In this document: one piece after another, positions 29,901 to 36,472 of the stretch
Position numbering within the stretch: position 1 is the first letter of the stretch
Layout: every line of letters starts with the position of its first letter
Origin: a candidate division WWE3 bacterium UBA1401
Lineage (GTDB): Bacteria; Patescibacteriota; WWE3; UBA101185; UBA10185
DNA length: 53,430 nucleotides
Direction: 5' to 3'
Assembly: GCA_002305115.1 (NCBI GenBank)
Contig: DBQF01000005.1
Span: forward strand, 1 to 53,430
Notes under the pieces: generated by a model
Told to the model about the DNA's origin: nothing
Seen by the model: the letters and a program-made list of their open reading frames with translations, nothing else
Database searches by the model: none
Program-made: the position numbers and the translations under genes

Positions 29901-31872
29901 GAGAGGGCAACTTATCAGACTGCCACACCAAATTACCAGAAGTATCAAGCGCATAAGCATGGGCGTCATTAGAAGCAAAATAGAGAGTATTATCTTTGTA
30001 GGCTGCCGAAAAGTGAATAGATCCATCGGTTTTATAACGCCAGCGCAGACTGCCATCAGTAGCATCTATAGCATAAAAGTACTCGTCTCTATTACCTGCA
30101 TACACTACACCGTCTACTACTAAGGGATTAGTGTCAAACCCGGCACCTGCTTCATATGTCCAAACAACTTGATCATTTATTCTGTGGCCAGTATCACTAT
30201 CTGTTGATAAGGTGGAAGTGTCCGGATTAGCTGTAAGAGCGTGCATTTTATTATCAAAACCACCAACGTACAAAGTATCTCCTACTACAGTGGGAGAGTT
30301 ACCTAAGGGCATTTCTGTTGGATATACCCAAACAACTTCCCCAGTGTTTACATCAAAGGCATAAAGCCCCGCAGAAGTTGACACATAGGCCAAATTGTTG
30401 GCTGTAATCACTTGTACTTTGGAAGGAATATAAGCATCTATTGGTCTGTACCATTCCGGGTGCAACTGACCTGTTACCTCTTCAGATACCCAGGAAGTTC
30501 TTTGGGGGTTAGCCCCAGACATATACCAGGAATCGGAAGCATTAGGCACAACCGAAACTTCATCGTCATTTAAAATAGTATAGGTATAAGTATCTGCAGC
30601 TAAAGTGGCATTAATAGGACTTGTCAGAGTGATTTGAATAGTCTCATCAGATTCCACATTTGTATCATTCACTACAGTTAACGGAATACTTCCCGAAGTA
30701 GCTCCGGCGGCAATAGTAGCGATGCCTGAGGCCAGCGTATAATCAGCCCCATCTCCAGTAGCAGTGCCCCCGGTAACAGCATAATTAACAGTGACGTTAG
30801 AACTTGCAGCCGAAGACAAACCGAGCGGGATGGAAACAGAAGTGACAGACTCATTCCCAGAGGAACTAGAACCGGAAAAGCCTACTGTAGGCTCAGGAGC
30901 AGGGGTAACCTGGGAAATACCATCCCACCCGGCAAGCCTAGCCATCATCCACCAAAAAGCAACACCTTTGCGGTAACAGTTGAAGTAATGCGAATGTGAA
31001 CAGTGCCAGGGAGATTGGCCAACAGATTCCTGAACACACCCGGGTTCATTAGGGTGATTTGCACACCATGCTTCACACCAGTTATTACAAACCCCCTCTG
31101 AAGTACACCAATTACATTCGTCAGTAGTATTAGTGTAATAAGTATCATCCGGATCGTAACTTTCTATATCCGCAAAATCAAACAAAACCTTACCGTTAGC
31201 CTTAGCATAATCTCTTAACATATCATTATTTCTTCTTAAAACAGAGCCAACATTATCTTGGGTACCATCAGTATGCCCAGTCATTAAAATAAAGCGCATA
31301 TCGGGATAGTCTTCTTCCAACCTGTCTAGGGCATTAAGGTAATTTTGAACCGTCGTTGTACTGTTCCAGCTTTGCTCACCACACCAAGACCACATACTGA
31401 AATCAAAGTTACCTGTTCCTACTACAGCCCTTGTTCTATCTAAACCAGATGTGCCATCCCAATAATCGTTGGGGCTAATATAAGTTTCCGGTGGATTGCC
31501 GTCATACACACGTAAAGCTAGGGGAGTTTCTATAGGGGGTAAATCCGGTGTAGCAGGATCTTCTCTAACTGCTACCGAATAAAGTTGCGGATCCTTCTTT
31601 TCTAAAACCAAGGCACCGTAGATAAGTTGGCTGCCATGGGAAGTATGCGCATAGTGCAAAGTAAGTTCCTTGGCCTTATCCAGCCAGTAGGACGGGATCT
31701 TCGTGATATCAGTACACGTATGGTCAATAATAATGGCATTTGAAGACGGGTCAGAACTAGTCTGAGCTTTAGCAGGGGGAACTTGAGACAAACTAATAAC
31801 CAACAACAATAAAGCTGCCGAGTATACAACTGATTTAACTACTATCCGTGCGGCAGGCGCTTTTTTTTCCAT
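17917..31872 (-). CDS. Giant (~4651 aa) modular cell-surface protein: signal peptide, uncharacterised N-terminal domain, 2x PQQ-like propeller + helical units, DUF5060 + clan GH-A hydrolase, 4x Cys-containing Ig-like module, 3x chitobiase-C/FN3-like, 7x Calx-beta, FN3, carboxypeptidase-regulatory-like domain, C-terminal TM anchor
   Basis: Uninterrupted ORF. Signal peptide ending AKA-Q. Repeats are visible in the translation. ANE and RGECG catalytic-type motifs. Hydrophobic C-terminal helix plus basic tail. Start taken as ATG 31872. Confidence 0.9.
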   Translation of the reverse strand: MEKKAPAARIVVKSVVYSAALLLLVISLSQVPPAKAQTSSDPSSNAIIIDHTCTDITKIPSYWLDKAKELTLHYAHTSHGSQLIYGALVLEKKDPQLYSVAVREDPATPDLPPIETPLALRVYDGNPPETYISPNDYWDGTSGLDRTRAVVGTGNFDFSMWSWCGEQSWNSTTTVQNYLNALDRLEEDYPDMRFILMTGHTDGTQDNVGSVLRRNNDMLRDYAKANGKVLFDFADIESYDPDDTYYTNTTDECNWCTSEGVCNNWCEAWCANHPNEPGCVQESVGQSPWHCSHSHYFNCYRKGVAFWWMMARLAGWDGISQVTPAPEPTVGFSGSSSSGNESVTSVSIPLGLSSAASSNVTVNYAVTGGTATGDGADYTLASGIATIAAGATSGSIPLTVVNDTNVESDETIQITLTSPINATLAADTYTYTILNDDEVSVVPNASDSWYMSGANPQRTSWVSEEVTGQLHPEWYRPIDAYIPSKVQVITANNLAYVSTSAGLYAFDVNTGEVVWVYPTEMPLGNSPTVVGDTLYVGGFDNKMHALTANPDTSTLSTDSDTGHRINDQVVWTYEAGAGFDTNPLVVDGVVYAGNRDEYFYAIDATDGSLRWRYKTDGSIHFSAAYKDNTLYFASNDAHAYALDTSGNLVWQSDKLPSHGFYTFWPVIVEDAVIFPAARGYRYGQGAFTPNGNDGKWDYGYWAPDFLTEGLQANMGEILPDGSMDATRAMQYLEEKPWRRSYYVLDITTGKEKTYDFDSDSNPEYAPLMWFGTASGQRYPAVVSQTNTVFTPNMFAESQYSNGISGWPLHANYITNRIPVISPDEPIAVSMGGNVVFWNKCCSRGMGSLDVSSSKPSVWNHFSYNLASDKYGRLAVAPGYDLIMNETDWDNLFQVYKNYNGVYGTPGTQNPPVPYNGRVLVHLGNVLFSWSSDGSADSPLATAQIVAADASTAIPSVADLKTRLTEEIEKILVSGHLQPGYSVGHFAADGVTYGGVLVDYWANVTDTLYILSKALPYLSSDLQQEVKAYLQSEYETYPPYDYQHVGWADGTSRDDFIDPPEIAAVKETVGPNASLYNMGYRNANFWDGWDWPPYTFYNLWKYAQAVGNASQLFDENKSRLQSPPDDATLILFPHALNAWIDGYWGYLELEKLAGYPESSSIRSELNRLLELRVSTFTKNNTWNGPEGGTEYGNYIQTFAVASNFMFLTPELAGYLNERIPDQLAEALIEYQSVAPYWFVTNFDATFGEEVNRHNYDYNALFQAKALILNEPYEELVKYIDVPAFERGDLFYIQNLVTAIEAGDASAVEPCTLTDATFGQTTATTGSTVTLTITGTSCDNQAISYMVYEDDGVLGRDTAITQPANAIFANGTATTSWVAEWQCDGNIGGICTAGNPEYIFEAALVSDATVTIASTNQLQVTPVAGDGPQISNITKVTSGDIPTYDKFEVSFDIDTVATNPYFPYDAEAPVGITSGEGITVDMLVLEPGVSDWTNAVTVPCFYYQPVEEVGSGNTIALLPTGSPDWRCRYTPELAGSWTFKIRATDAAGTQESAENSFVSVVSDNKGFVQLSKTDTRFFEFADGTPFTYPLVTFEDVQFNTLAGVRSSLANLSTSGVKFLRWFPTGEGANFMVSPYGDRLEISWAFGSAGSTPDDPDVVRGKKFSFRPYYYTGQSVPLVPGSTYKLSFYAKVEGDQAIRADLGVLGRFDVCSATSTYHESQGQTCDYKQDGWYYYEREFTNTNQTFIRAYMHGLYVSSDAPTPFNTTQTGKIRIHSMSLQREESPGIWSANMFIRGDPDTYNYIDQRAAAGLDEVFKLSEENGIYHKLTMFHKNDAILNLFQADGSIGSWYQCGWGRCPNNFYSAPGQATRWYENAYSRYFIARWSYSPALHSLELANENDNTQESYNAGFAFSKYIYDLSPRHVLMSNSFWGWWINDYWSNADYKPYIDYADKHWYSNTNSNNTELISTIWNDSAAYERQCALRFVEYENQFSYGKPIVRGECGVAETGTEPQHPEVATEPTGTYYHKKVWAHVGTLGYTCDGEWYPRLFATNGAYPNDTYSTQKIYATYDKFMTGEPVNNGHYETIGTDLTGNLQIGTSAVSGNIRAWGSRDSVNGKVLLWIDNAADTWKNRVDGVSASPASAVLSISNLPASTYTLEWWNTRTGEISSSEQVTVGASGVYNLSVSNLQTDVAVKLYAPEPTGTCTLTSAAFDQVSVAAGTPVTLSVTGTNCTGETVNVEVREDDVGGYDLATIQPDPITMVNGTGSATWIAEWQCDGNLLGICTAGDPEYSFVATAAISGSQVTSTSQLVVTALTQAPAPTISPNGGTFDNAVQVTLGVGSTALATNIYYTIGGSEPDQGSSLYTAPFTLTGSTTVKAKAFSTGVTPSETVEASFVINGEVEAGAWYMAGANPQRTSWVSEEVRGALNPDWYRPIGAHIPYKAQIIASNGLLYVSTSAGLYAFDAANGDIAWVYPTEMPLGHSPTVVGDMLYVGGFDNKMHAIRSNPDASSLPTDSDTGYRVNNQVVWTYEAEAGFDTNPLVVDGVVYVGNRDEYFYALNANDGSLRWRYKTDGPIHFSAAYKDEVIVFASDDAFAYGLDTSGDLVWKSNKLPSWGFHSYWPTIVDNTAMLPAARGYRAPNAQPLTPYGWYAKYDIGYEHPMGEVVAEGLMRTTNAVNYLEERPDRRSFYLLDVTNGDEVTFDVDSDGSTDYAPLLNFGTNSGQHFPAIVGPDNTIYTSNNFSDQSYQDGIAGWQLGADTITIPEGTFRGQGDEPVGYSMGGNVIYWNLCCDRMGGAFDVTDMPADRSWIYHSYNISSLIPGYASQMTGTFEANAVQVYGGWNGVYGSHGGPNPPIPYRGKVYVFNGNAIIAWSAGGSANSPLALAQPVEVSSNFNIPKVSDLKTKLNEEVSKIIAAGHLRPGYTPGMLAYAGADNIRGDDFQDYFHNPADVFYALSLASHHVSLDAKQAIAQYLDREYQNYSPASFTDVGWRDGTDRSDFIYPPEVMAGIEISNGPSAYSVMHFDGWTGPDWKWNPYTFYEMWKYVEAFGSGDQAFARRIFDDLKVRFWTPPEDAVFDTFPFALNAWIAGYHGYLEMEKLAGYPESTDKVAEMNRLLALRANNFEKDNPWGPDSHDWGQVFATSRNFTYLTPELGDYLNTHALSKVEEALNEYIHDAPYWFVTNFEETYNEDIVRHNYDYDGLFKAKAFVLKEPYEELVKYIDVPAFERGDLFYIQNLVTAIEAGEENGTVEPPLPLECELTGANFAQTTIAQGSNVNLVVTGTNCNGDAVSFNVFEDDGALGRDAASVQPSAATFVNGTATTSWIVEWQCDGNVVGICTAGSPEYGFEATLVSDATKIITSTNQLTVTNTQVAAVTFVPNGGGFTGSTQVTLQTNTESAAIYYTLDGSEPTTSSALYTQPLTITDTITIRARAFRNDLAPSDVTQAVFERTIVLPTIAFSSASASGNESLAQVNIPVVLSYATDSAVTVSYAATGGTAAAGTDFNLTAGALTIPVGSTTGFINLTITDDDLREEAETIEITLSNPVASTLGTTTTHTYTILANDPHTIATCSLTSASLNPTSTGIGGAVAFTVQGDRCDDLAVGFNVYEDDGITGRDPVAVNPANVTFVNGTAVVSWLAEWQCDGNIAGICTASNPEYYFEAYLVDAPEKSIRSANQVTVTTTQAAAPAISPNGGTFVETTSITLTSATSGAAIYYTLDASDPTTDSTLYTSSFTISQDTTVRARSFRDDLQPSGISVATFTKALPAVQFTSATSSGSEANGLVTLDVALSFVADNPVTVDYAVTGGTARERGRNADYNFTAGTLIIPAGSTSGTITFEVIDDTEQEDAETIEIALSSPQGAELGANSTLIYTIGASDQPPALQFRESTSSAAEDAGEVSLAIELAEASQSDVAVSYSVAGGTVSTTGQSVDLTLANRMLTIPAGQTSAVIPVTLVDDAIYEGAETAVITLNNPSGAILGAASIHTLTITDDDPSPLASFVLTSSSGSEGNNRVSVPVTLSTESATDTTVAYTVSGTATAGTDFDELSGALTISAGATSGTILLNLAADATFEGDETVILTLTNPVNNFLTQNNTFRYTIEDDDPVPTVGFTQVASSGLESTTGNVEVSLSNLSAVDTTVAYEVISGTASPVVDYQATSGTVTIRAGEQSAYIDLRVVDDRTYYEDDETVELILSDSQNALLGNSSHIYSIEENDTLPPVNFTRASSSGSENDRTVVLEIALDVAYFSDVTVDYAATGGNARGRGNNADYALVAGSVTIPAGQLTATVDMQINDDSSHEGNETVVITLSNPVNATLGGNASFSYTIIDDDTSFATSSERGNDKRKDEKDTDTDETIAVIPALPVEEPVSVEPPAEEPAPATSGDTGKEEDTEEEGSSEHEDSSCSYNSPFSGPTITTIERSYRSVILHVDLRDTVCANYTVAYGVSAEDENAISYNFTENDSSKVIKYQIDGLASGTTYYFAVKGEEGEWSSIVEASTKRETIFSVLGEAVSKVLEETPEEIGDKSAEEVFKTYYIRMQVLVNGQPAAGVKVTLHSKVQEAVTDSNGYVIFEQVDPGQHELQLSTSEFSRTKTVYINGTSEEMMVTVKLDQKTLLGRFWKPAVLTLATLTVMLTLYRMVKGRAKSKSLY

Positions 31873-31983
31873 AACTGCCCTATATGTAGGGGCACTACAC
31901 AATTATGATACATAGTATATGGAATACACAAACAAGTTGCAATTGCCATTACAGGCTAACCAAGCTTCTGTTATTATAACTAT

Positions 31984-32439
31984 ATGCAACTTTATATAGC
32001 ATCAGATCATGGTGGGTTTAATTTAAAGGAGGCCATCATAAAATTTCTGACTTCCAAAGGCATAGCAGTAACAGATATGGGGCCATACATACCTGAACCA
32101 AGTGATAACTACCCAGACTACGTACTTCCCGTAATGAAAAATCTGCAAGAAGACACCACAGCTAAAGCAATTCTCATCTGCAGAAATGGTGTGGGTGTAA
32201 GTATGCTAGCCAATAAATTTAAAGGTATAAGAGCAGCACTTTCTTGGAATGCACAACATGCAAAATCAGCAAGACTAGATGATAACAGCAATGTATTGGC
32301 CTTACCGGCAGATTATATTTCTGAATTAGAGGCGCAAGAAATTGTGCAAGCATGGCTAACCACAGAATTTAGCGGTGAAGAAAGACATGTAAAAAGATTA
32401 CAGGAGGTTTCACGTTATGGTAGTTCCGGGAATATTTGA
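31984..32439 (+). CDS. rpiB: Ribose-5-phosphate isomerase B
   Basis: ASDHGGF, DNYPD, ILICRNGVGVS and RHVKR motifs. Confidence 0.95.
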   Translation: MQLYIASDHGGFNLKEAIIKFLTSKGIAVTDMGPYIPEPSDNYPDYVLPVMKNLQEDTTAKAILICRNGVGVSMLANKFKGIRAALSWNAQHAKSARLDDNSNVLALPADYISELEAQEIVQAWLTTEFSGEERHVKRLQEVSRYGSSGNI

Positions 32440-33043
32440 ACAAACATTAACAGAAGTACAAACCAGGCTTGACCTAATAACCAAGTATATCGATGTGGCA
32501 CAAGTCGATATAGCTGATGGTGTGGCAGTAAACGGCAAAACTCTCACCGGGTTTGAAACAGTTAGCAGACTTAACACTTCCCTAAACATAGATTTACACC
32601 TTATGGTGCTGCACCCGACAGACTATCTGGTAAGAAAACTGCCTTTTATAGAGAAAGTGTGCGCGCAAGTGGAACCTCACTTTGATAAAAAGCACTTTAT
32701 AGAAGAAGCAAAGAGATTATTTTATAAAGTAGGATTATCTTTAAACCCGGAAACATCGGTTACAGAAATTTATCCTTTTCTAGATCAGCTTGATTATGTA
32801 CAATTCATGGCGGTAGTACCGGGGGGTCAAGGCAGAGTATTCGAAAACCATGTTTTGGAAAAAATCAGACAGCTAAGGCAAGTAGACAAAATAATCACTA
32901 TTCAGGTAGATGGCGGAATAACCTTGGAAAACGTTAAAGAAGTTTATACTGCTGGTGCTGATGATGTGGTGGTGGGCTCAGCAATTTTCGGGCAACCAGA
33001 TCCGGTAAAAGCCTTAGTTAACTTTAAGGAGCAAAACATATGA
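32417..33043 (+). CDS. rpe: Ribulose-phosphate 3-epimerase
   Basis: QVDIADG, DLHLMV, QFMAVVPGGQG and VDGGI motifs. Confidence 0.93.
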   Translation: MVVPGIFEQTLTEVQTRLDLITKYIDVAQVDIADGVAVNGKTLTGFETVSRLNTSLNIDLHLMVLHPTDYLVRKLPFIEKVCAQVEPHFDKKHFIEEAKRLFYKVGLSLNPETSVTEIYPFLDQLDYVQFMAVVPGGQGRVFENHVLEKIRQLRQVDKIITIQVDGGITLENVKEVYTAGADDVVVGSAIFGQPDPVKALVNFKEQNI

Positions 33044-33609
33044 AAAAGATAGCATTCTTAGGCGGGTCATCTTGGCAGGAAGGTGACCAGGTTTATCAAG
33101 ACGCATACACTACAGCCAAATTACTAACACAGAATGGATTTCAGGTGGTAAATGGGGGTGGCCCCGGCGTAATGAGAGCAGCAACTTTAGGGGCAAAGGC
33201 CGCGGGAGCAACTAATGTTTTGGCGGTAACGTATCACCCTAATAAGCACAAGAAAAATTACGAAGGCATAGACCCTAATAATCCGTTTGATGAAGAGGTT
33301 GTAACGCTTGACTACTTTGATAGAACCAAGGTTATGCTGCAAAACACAGATTTGCATATTGTGTTTAACGGCAGTACCGGCACCATTAGTGAGTTTGGAA
33401 TGACCTGGGCAAGTTCTAGAATTCATGAAAGTAACAATAAGCCAATTGTGTTGTTTGGAGAATTTTGGAACCATATTCTGGATGTTTTTCGGGAACACAT
33501 GCTTGTGCGGCCGGGCGAAGAGAATTTGTGCAAAATCTGTACAAAACCCGATGAGGTGCTAGCCTATGCTATTCAAATGTTAGGCAAGGCTGCCATCACA
33601 AGGCTTTAA
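33040..33609 (+). CDS. LOG/SLOG family protein (putative nucleotide monophosphate nucleosidase)
   Basis: NGGGPGVM, FDR and GSTGTISE (variant of PGGxGTxxE). Confidence 0.85.
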   Translation: MKKIAFLGGSSWQEGDQVYQDAYTTAKLLTQNGFQVVNGGGPGVMRAATLGAKAAGATNVLAVTYHPNKHKKNYEGIDPNNPFDEEVVTLDYFDRTKVMLQNTDLHIVFNGSTGTISEFGMTWASSRIHESNNKPIVLFGEFWNHILDVFREHMLVRPGEENLCKICTKPDEVLAYAIQMLGKAAITRL

Positions 33610-34122
33610 CTACCCCTCTCCCCAAAGCACTACACTATCAAGCTGATCCTGCATAAACTTCCTGAACGTATCCTCCGCCACTTTCACATCACTACCTAAA
33701 TCCGGAGGGTAAAATGGCGACTCACTAAAACATCTATATGTCACCCCTCCAAACACCATATGCAAAACCACTCCTTCCCTGCGCTTATCATCTTTCACCG
33801 CCACATCAACCAACCATTCGGGCACCCCGGGAATAGTCTCCGCATAGCCTTCAAAAGGCGCAGTATAGTAACTTATAAAAGGCGCACCGTCTCTTGGTTC
33901 AATAAAGAAGTTATATCTCTTGGGGCCTCTTATTTCTCCTAACTCATAAAAATTAATAGCTGCGCTACCCGTTTTGAAACTTGCAATCAAGTCATCAAGA
34001 TTTACCGGTAAGGGTTTTTCCAAAGCCAGATGCATTTCCGGATGTTTAGCCATTAACTGCTTTAGTGTCTCGGTTTTTTCAGGAGATTTTTGGATAGGTT
34101 TGAGTAGGTTTAATATAGACAT
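33610..34122 (-). CDS. Hypothetical protein (170 aa)
   Basis: Clean ORF with TACAAT-N7-ATG; no family recognised. Confidence 0.7.
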   Translation of the reverse strand: MSILNLLKPIQKSPEKTETLKQLMAKHPEMHLALEKPLPVNLDDLIASFKTGSAAINFYELGEIRGPKRYNFFIEPRDGAPFISYYTAPFEGYAETIPGVPEWLVDVAVKDDKRREGVVLHMVFGGVTYRCFSESPFYPPDLGSDVKVAEDTFRKFMQDQLDSVVLWGEG

Positions 34123-34162
34123 AGTACTAATTGTACCGAACTTTCATGCTATACTCATGTGG

Positions 34163-34993
34163 ATGCCCCAAGCTGCCACTAACCCCACATTAAAGGAATT
34201 AGAACTCATCGCCGTAAATATTCGACGCGCTATTATTGGCATGATAACTCAAGCACAGTCTGGCCACCCGGCAGGAGCACTAGGCACCACAGATATTATC
34301 ACTGCGTTATATTTTTGTGAGCTTAAACCCGAAGACGACTTTATACTTTCTAATGGCCATATCTGTCCGGTTCTTTACGCGGCTCTTGCCGCAAAAAGTA
34401 TTATTGATTCGCGGGAATTAGCTACGTTCAGACAAATAAATACCAGATTGCAAGGTCATCCGCACAACACAGAACTTCCGGAACTTGCAACTTCAAGCGG
34501 GCCACTTGGCCAAGGCTTATCGCAGGCAATAGGTATGGTATTAGCCAACAAATTGGATAACAAACACGGGCACGTTTTTTGCATGATAAGTGACGGGGAA
34601 CTTCAGGAAGGCCAAACCTGGGAGGCACTTATGTACGCAGGCGTAAACCAACTAGCGGGCTTAACAGTTATAGTAGACAGGAATCATATTCAGATAAGTG
34701 GAAATACAGAAGATGTGTTGTCACCAGAGCCTTTAACAGCAAAGCTGGAAGCATTTAATTGGGCTGTTATTGATATAAACGGCAATAATATGGCAGTTAC
34801 ACTGAAAGCTCTGAAAGAAGCAAAAGCAGACAATCTTCCAACTGCTATAATAGCTAATACTATTCCCGGCAAGGGTGTAGAATTTATGGAGTATCAATTT
34901 AGTTGGCACGGCAAAGCTCCGAGTAAAACTGAGGCAGAACAGGCTCTTAAGGAGCTTGATACTCTGGAAGCACGTGTTAGGAGTAAGTCATGA
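34163..34993 (+). CDS. Transketolase, N-terminal subunit
   Basis: SGHP, LSNGH, LQGHP, GPLGQG and SDGELQEG motifs. Start moved to ATG 34163, 7 nt after TGcTATACT. Confidence 0.95.
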   Translation: MPQAATNPTLKELELIAVNIRRAIIGMITQAQSGHPAGALGTTDIITALYFCELKPEDDFILSNGHICPVLYAALAAKSIIDSRELATFRQINTRLQGHPHNTELPELATSSGPLGQGLSQAIGMVLANKLDNKHGHVFCMISDGELQEGQTWEALMYAGVNQLAGLTVIVDRNHIQISGNTEDVLSPEPLTAKLEAFNWAVIDINGNNMAVTLKALKEAKADNLPTAIIANTIPGKGVEFMEYQFSWHGKAPSKTEAEQALKELDTLEARVRSKS

Positions 34994-35535
34994 ACAAACA
35001 ACAAACTAACTATCACAGACAAGCAGGTAATATTTTGCCTGTAGTAGTTATAGTGGGATTAATCTTGGGAGCAGGCTACCTTTTAATGGGTGAAGACTTC
35101 AAGCTTCCCAAACTAGCTGGCGAGCCAAAGCTTGAACGCATCGAAGGCTTTCCAAGAAAAATTTATATTACAGACGGTAGTGAAAGGGACAAAAAGCGGG
35201 AAGTTATCACAAGTGAAGAAGAGCTTACACAGTTTCTTAACGAAGTAGATGACACAGGACAGATTCAGTTTAATAGCGCCGTAAACTTCAACAGAGAATA
35301 TTTACTTGCGGTGTCCACTAACCTACTTGATGAAGACGGCCATGGTTTTAAGATCAAAAAAATCCTTAAAGACACAAAAGATAAGAGCCTTACAGTAGTT
35401 TTGGAAAGAAAAGACCCTGACGATAGTTGTGAAGTAGAAATGGATCCAAATATTTGGGTGGACTTTGCAAAGATCGATAAAACAGACTGGAAAATAGAAT
35501 TTGAGATTGTCAAAAAAGTTGAACCGTGTGACTAA
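34990..35535 (+). CDS. Membrane-anchored protein with PrcB-C-like domain
   Basis: N-terminal TM. VITSEEEL..F...VNFNREYLLAV...IKKI...C...P pattern resembles the PrcB C-terminal domain. Confidence 0.55.
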   Translation: MNKQQTNYHRQAGNILPVVVIVGLILGAGYLLMGEDFKLPKLAGEPKLERIEGFPRKIYITDGSERDKKREVITSEEELTQFLNEVDDTGQIQFNSAVNFNREYLLAVSTNLLDEDGHGFKIKKILKDTKDKSLTVVLERKDPDDSCEVEMDPNIWVDFAKIDKTDWKIEFEIVKKVEPCD

Positions 35536-36472
35536 CACTACTACCCAACAAAACTGCCATAACTTCTCCACACGAGATGGATTTGGTGAAGCTATTGTGC
35601 AAGCAGCGAAACAAGACCCTAATATTGTAGTTGTAACTGCAGACTTAACCGAATCCACCAGAGTAGAAGAGTTCGCCAAGACATACCCGGAAAGATTTTT
35701 TCAAGTTGGTGTAGCTGAACAAAATCTCGCTGGTATAGGTGCAGGGCTAGCCCTTAAAGGCAAGACTGTATTTATTACCTCATTTGGTGTTTTTAGCCCC
35801 GGTAGGAATTGGGACCAGATCAGAATATCGATTTGTTATAGCAATGCCAATGTAAAAATTGTAGGTTCACATGCAGGCATTGCCACCGGGCAAGATGGAG
35901 CAACACATCAAGCACTGGAAGACATTGCATTAACTCGGGTACTTCCCAATATGACAGTTGTTTCTCCATGTGATTATCTGGAAGCTAAAAAGGCCACCAG
36001 GGCCCTGGCCAGGCATAAGGGCCCTGCTTATCTTAGGCTTTCCCGCCCAAAGACACCCCTGCTTACAAAGGACGAAACCAAATTCGAACTAGGCAAAGCA
36101 TATATACTTCAAGAAGGCACAGATGTAACAGTAGCAGGCTGCGGGCCAATACTGGCAGAAGTCTTAACAGCGGCAGAACAGCTAACAGAGCTGTCTATAG
36201 AAATCATTAACTGCCCAACTATCAAACCACTTGATCAGGCAACACTACTTACCTCGGTTAAAAAAACGGGCAAAGTTGTAGTTGTGGAAGATCACCAGGT
36301 GGCAGGGGGCTTAGGAAGTGCTATTGCGGAACTGTTGGCGCAAGAATTTCCCGCTAAGATGAGCTTTATTGGCATGCGAGATACTTTTGGGGAATCTGGA
36401 AGCTATGAAGATTTGCTAAAAAAATATAAAATGAATAGCGAGGCAATACAAAAAGCCATTCTAGCTATATGA
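35528..36472 (+). CDS. Transketolase, C-terminal subunit
   Basis: TRDGFGE, ADLTEST, VGVAEQN, GQDGATHQ and VVVEDH motifs; GTG start inferred. Confidence 0.95.
   Translation: MTNTTTQQNCHNFSTRDGFGEAIVQAAKQDPNIVVVTADLTESTRVEEFAKTYPERFFQVGVAEQNLAGIGAGLALKGKTVFITSFGVFSPGRNWDQIRISICYSNANVKIVGSHAGIATGQDGATHQALEDIALTRVLPNMTVVSPCDYLEAKKATRALARHKGPAYLRLSRPKTPLLTKDETKFELGKAYILQEGTDVTVAGCGPILAEVLTAAEQLTELSIEIINCPTIKPLDQATLLTSVKKTGKVVVVEDHQVAGGLGSAIAELLAQEFPAKMSFIGMRDTFGESGSYEDLLKKYKMNSEAIQKAILAI

Noticed and set aside
22135-30528. PQQ-dependent dehydrogenase function for the propellers
   Set aside because: Only generic PQQ-like (BamB-type) blade repeats are visible; there is no evidence for cofactor binding.
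18159-31829. Many short ORFs within the giant gene
   Set aside because: They are shadow frames of a strongly coding ORF and have no motifs.
33974-34162. N-terminal extension of transketolase
   Set aside because: It overlaps the opposite-strand gene, and a TGcTATACT box supports a start at 34163.
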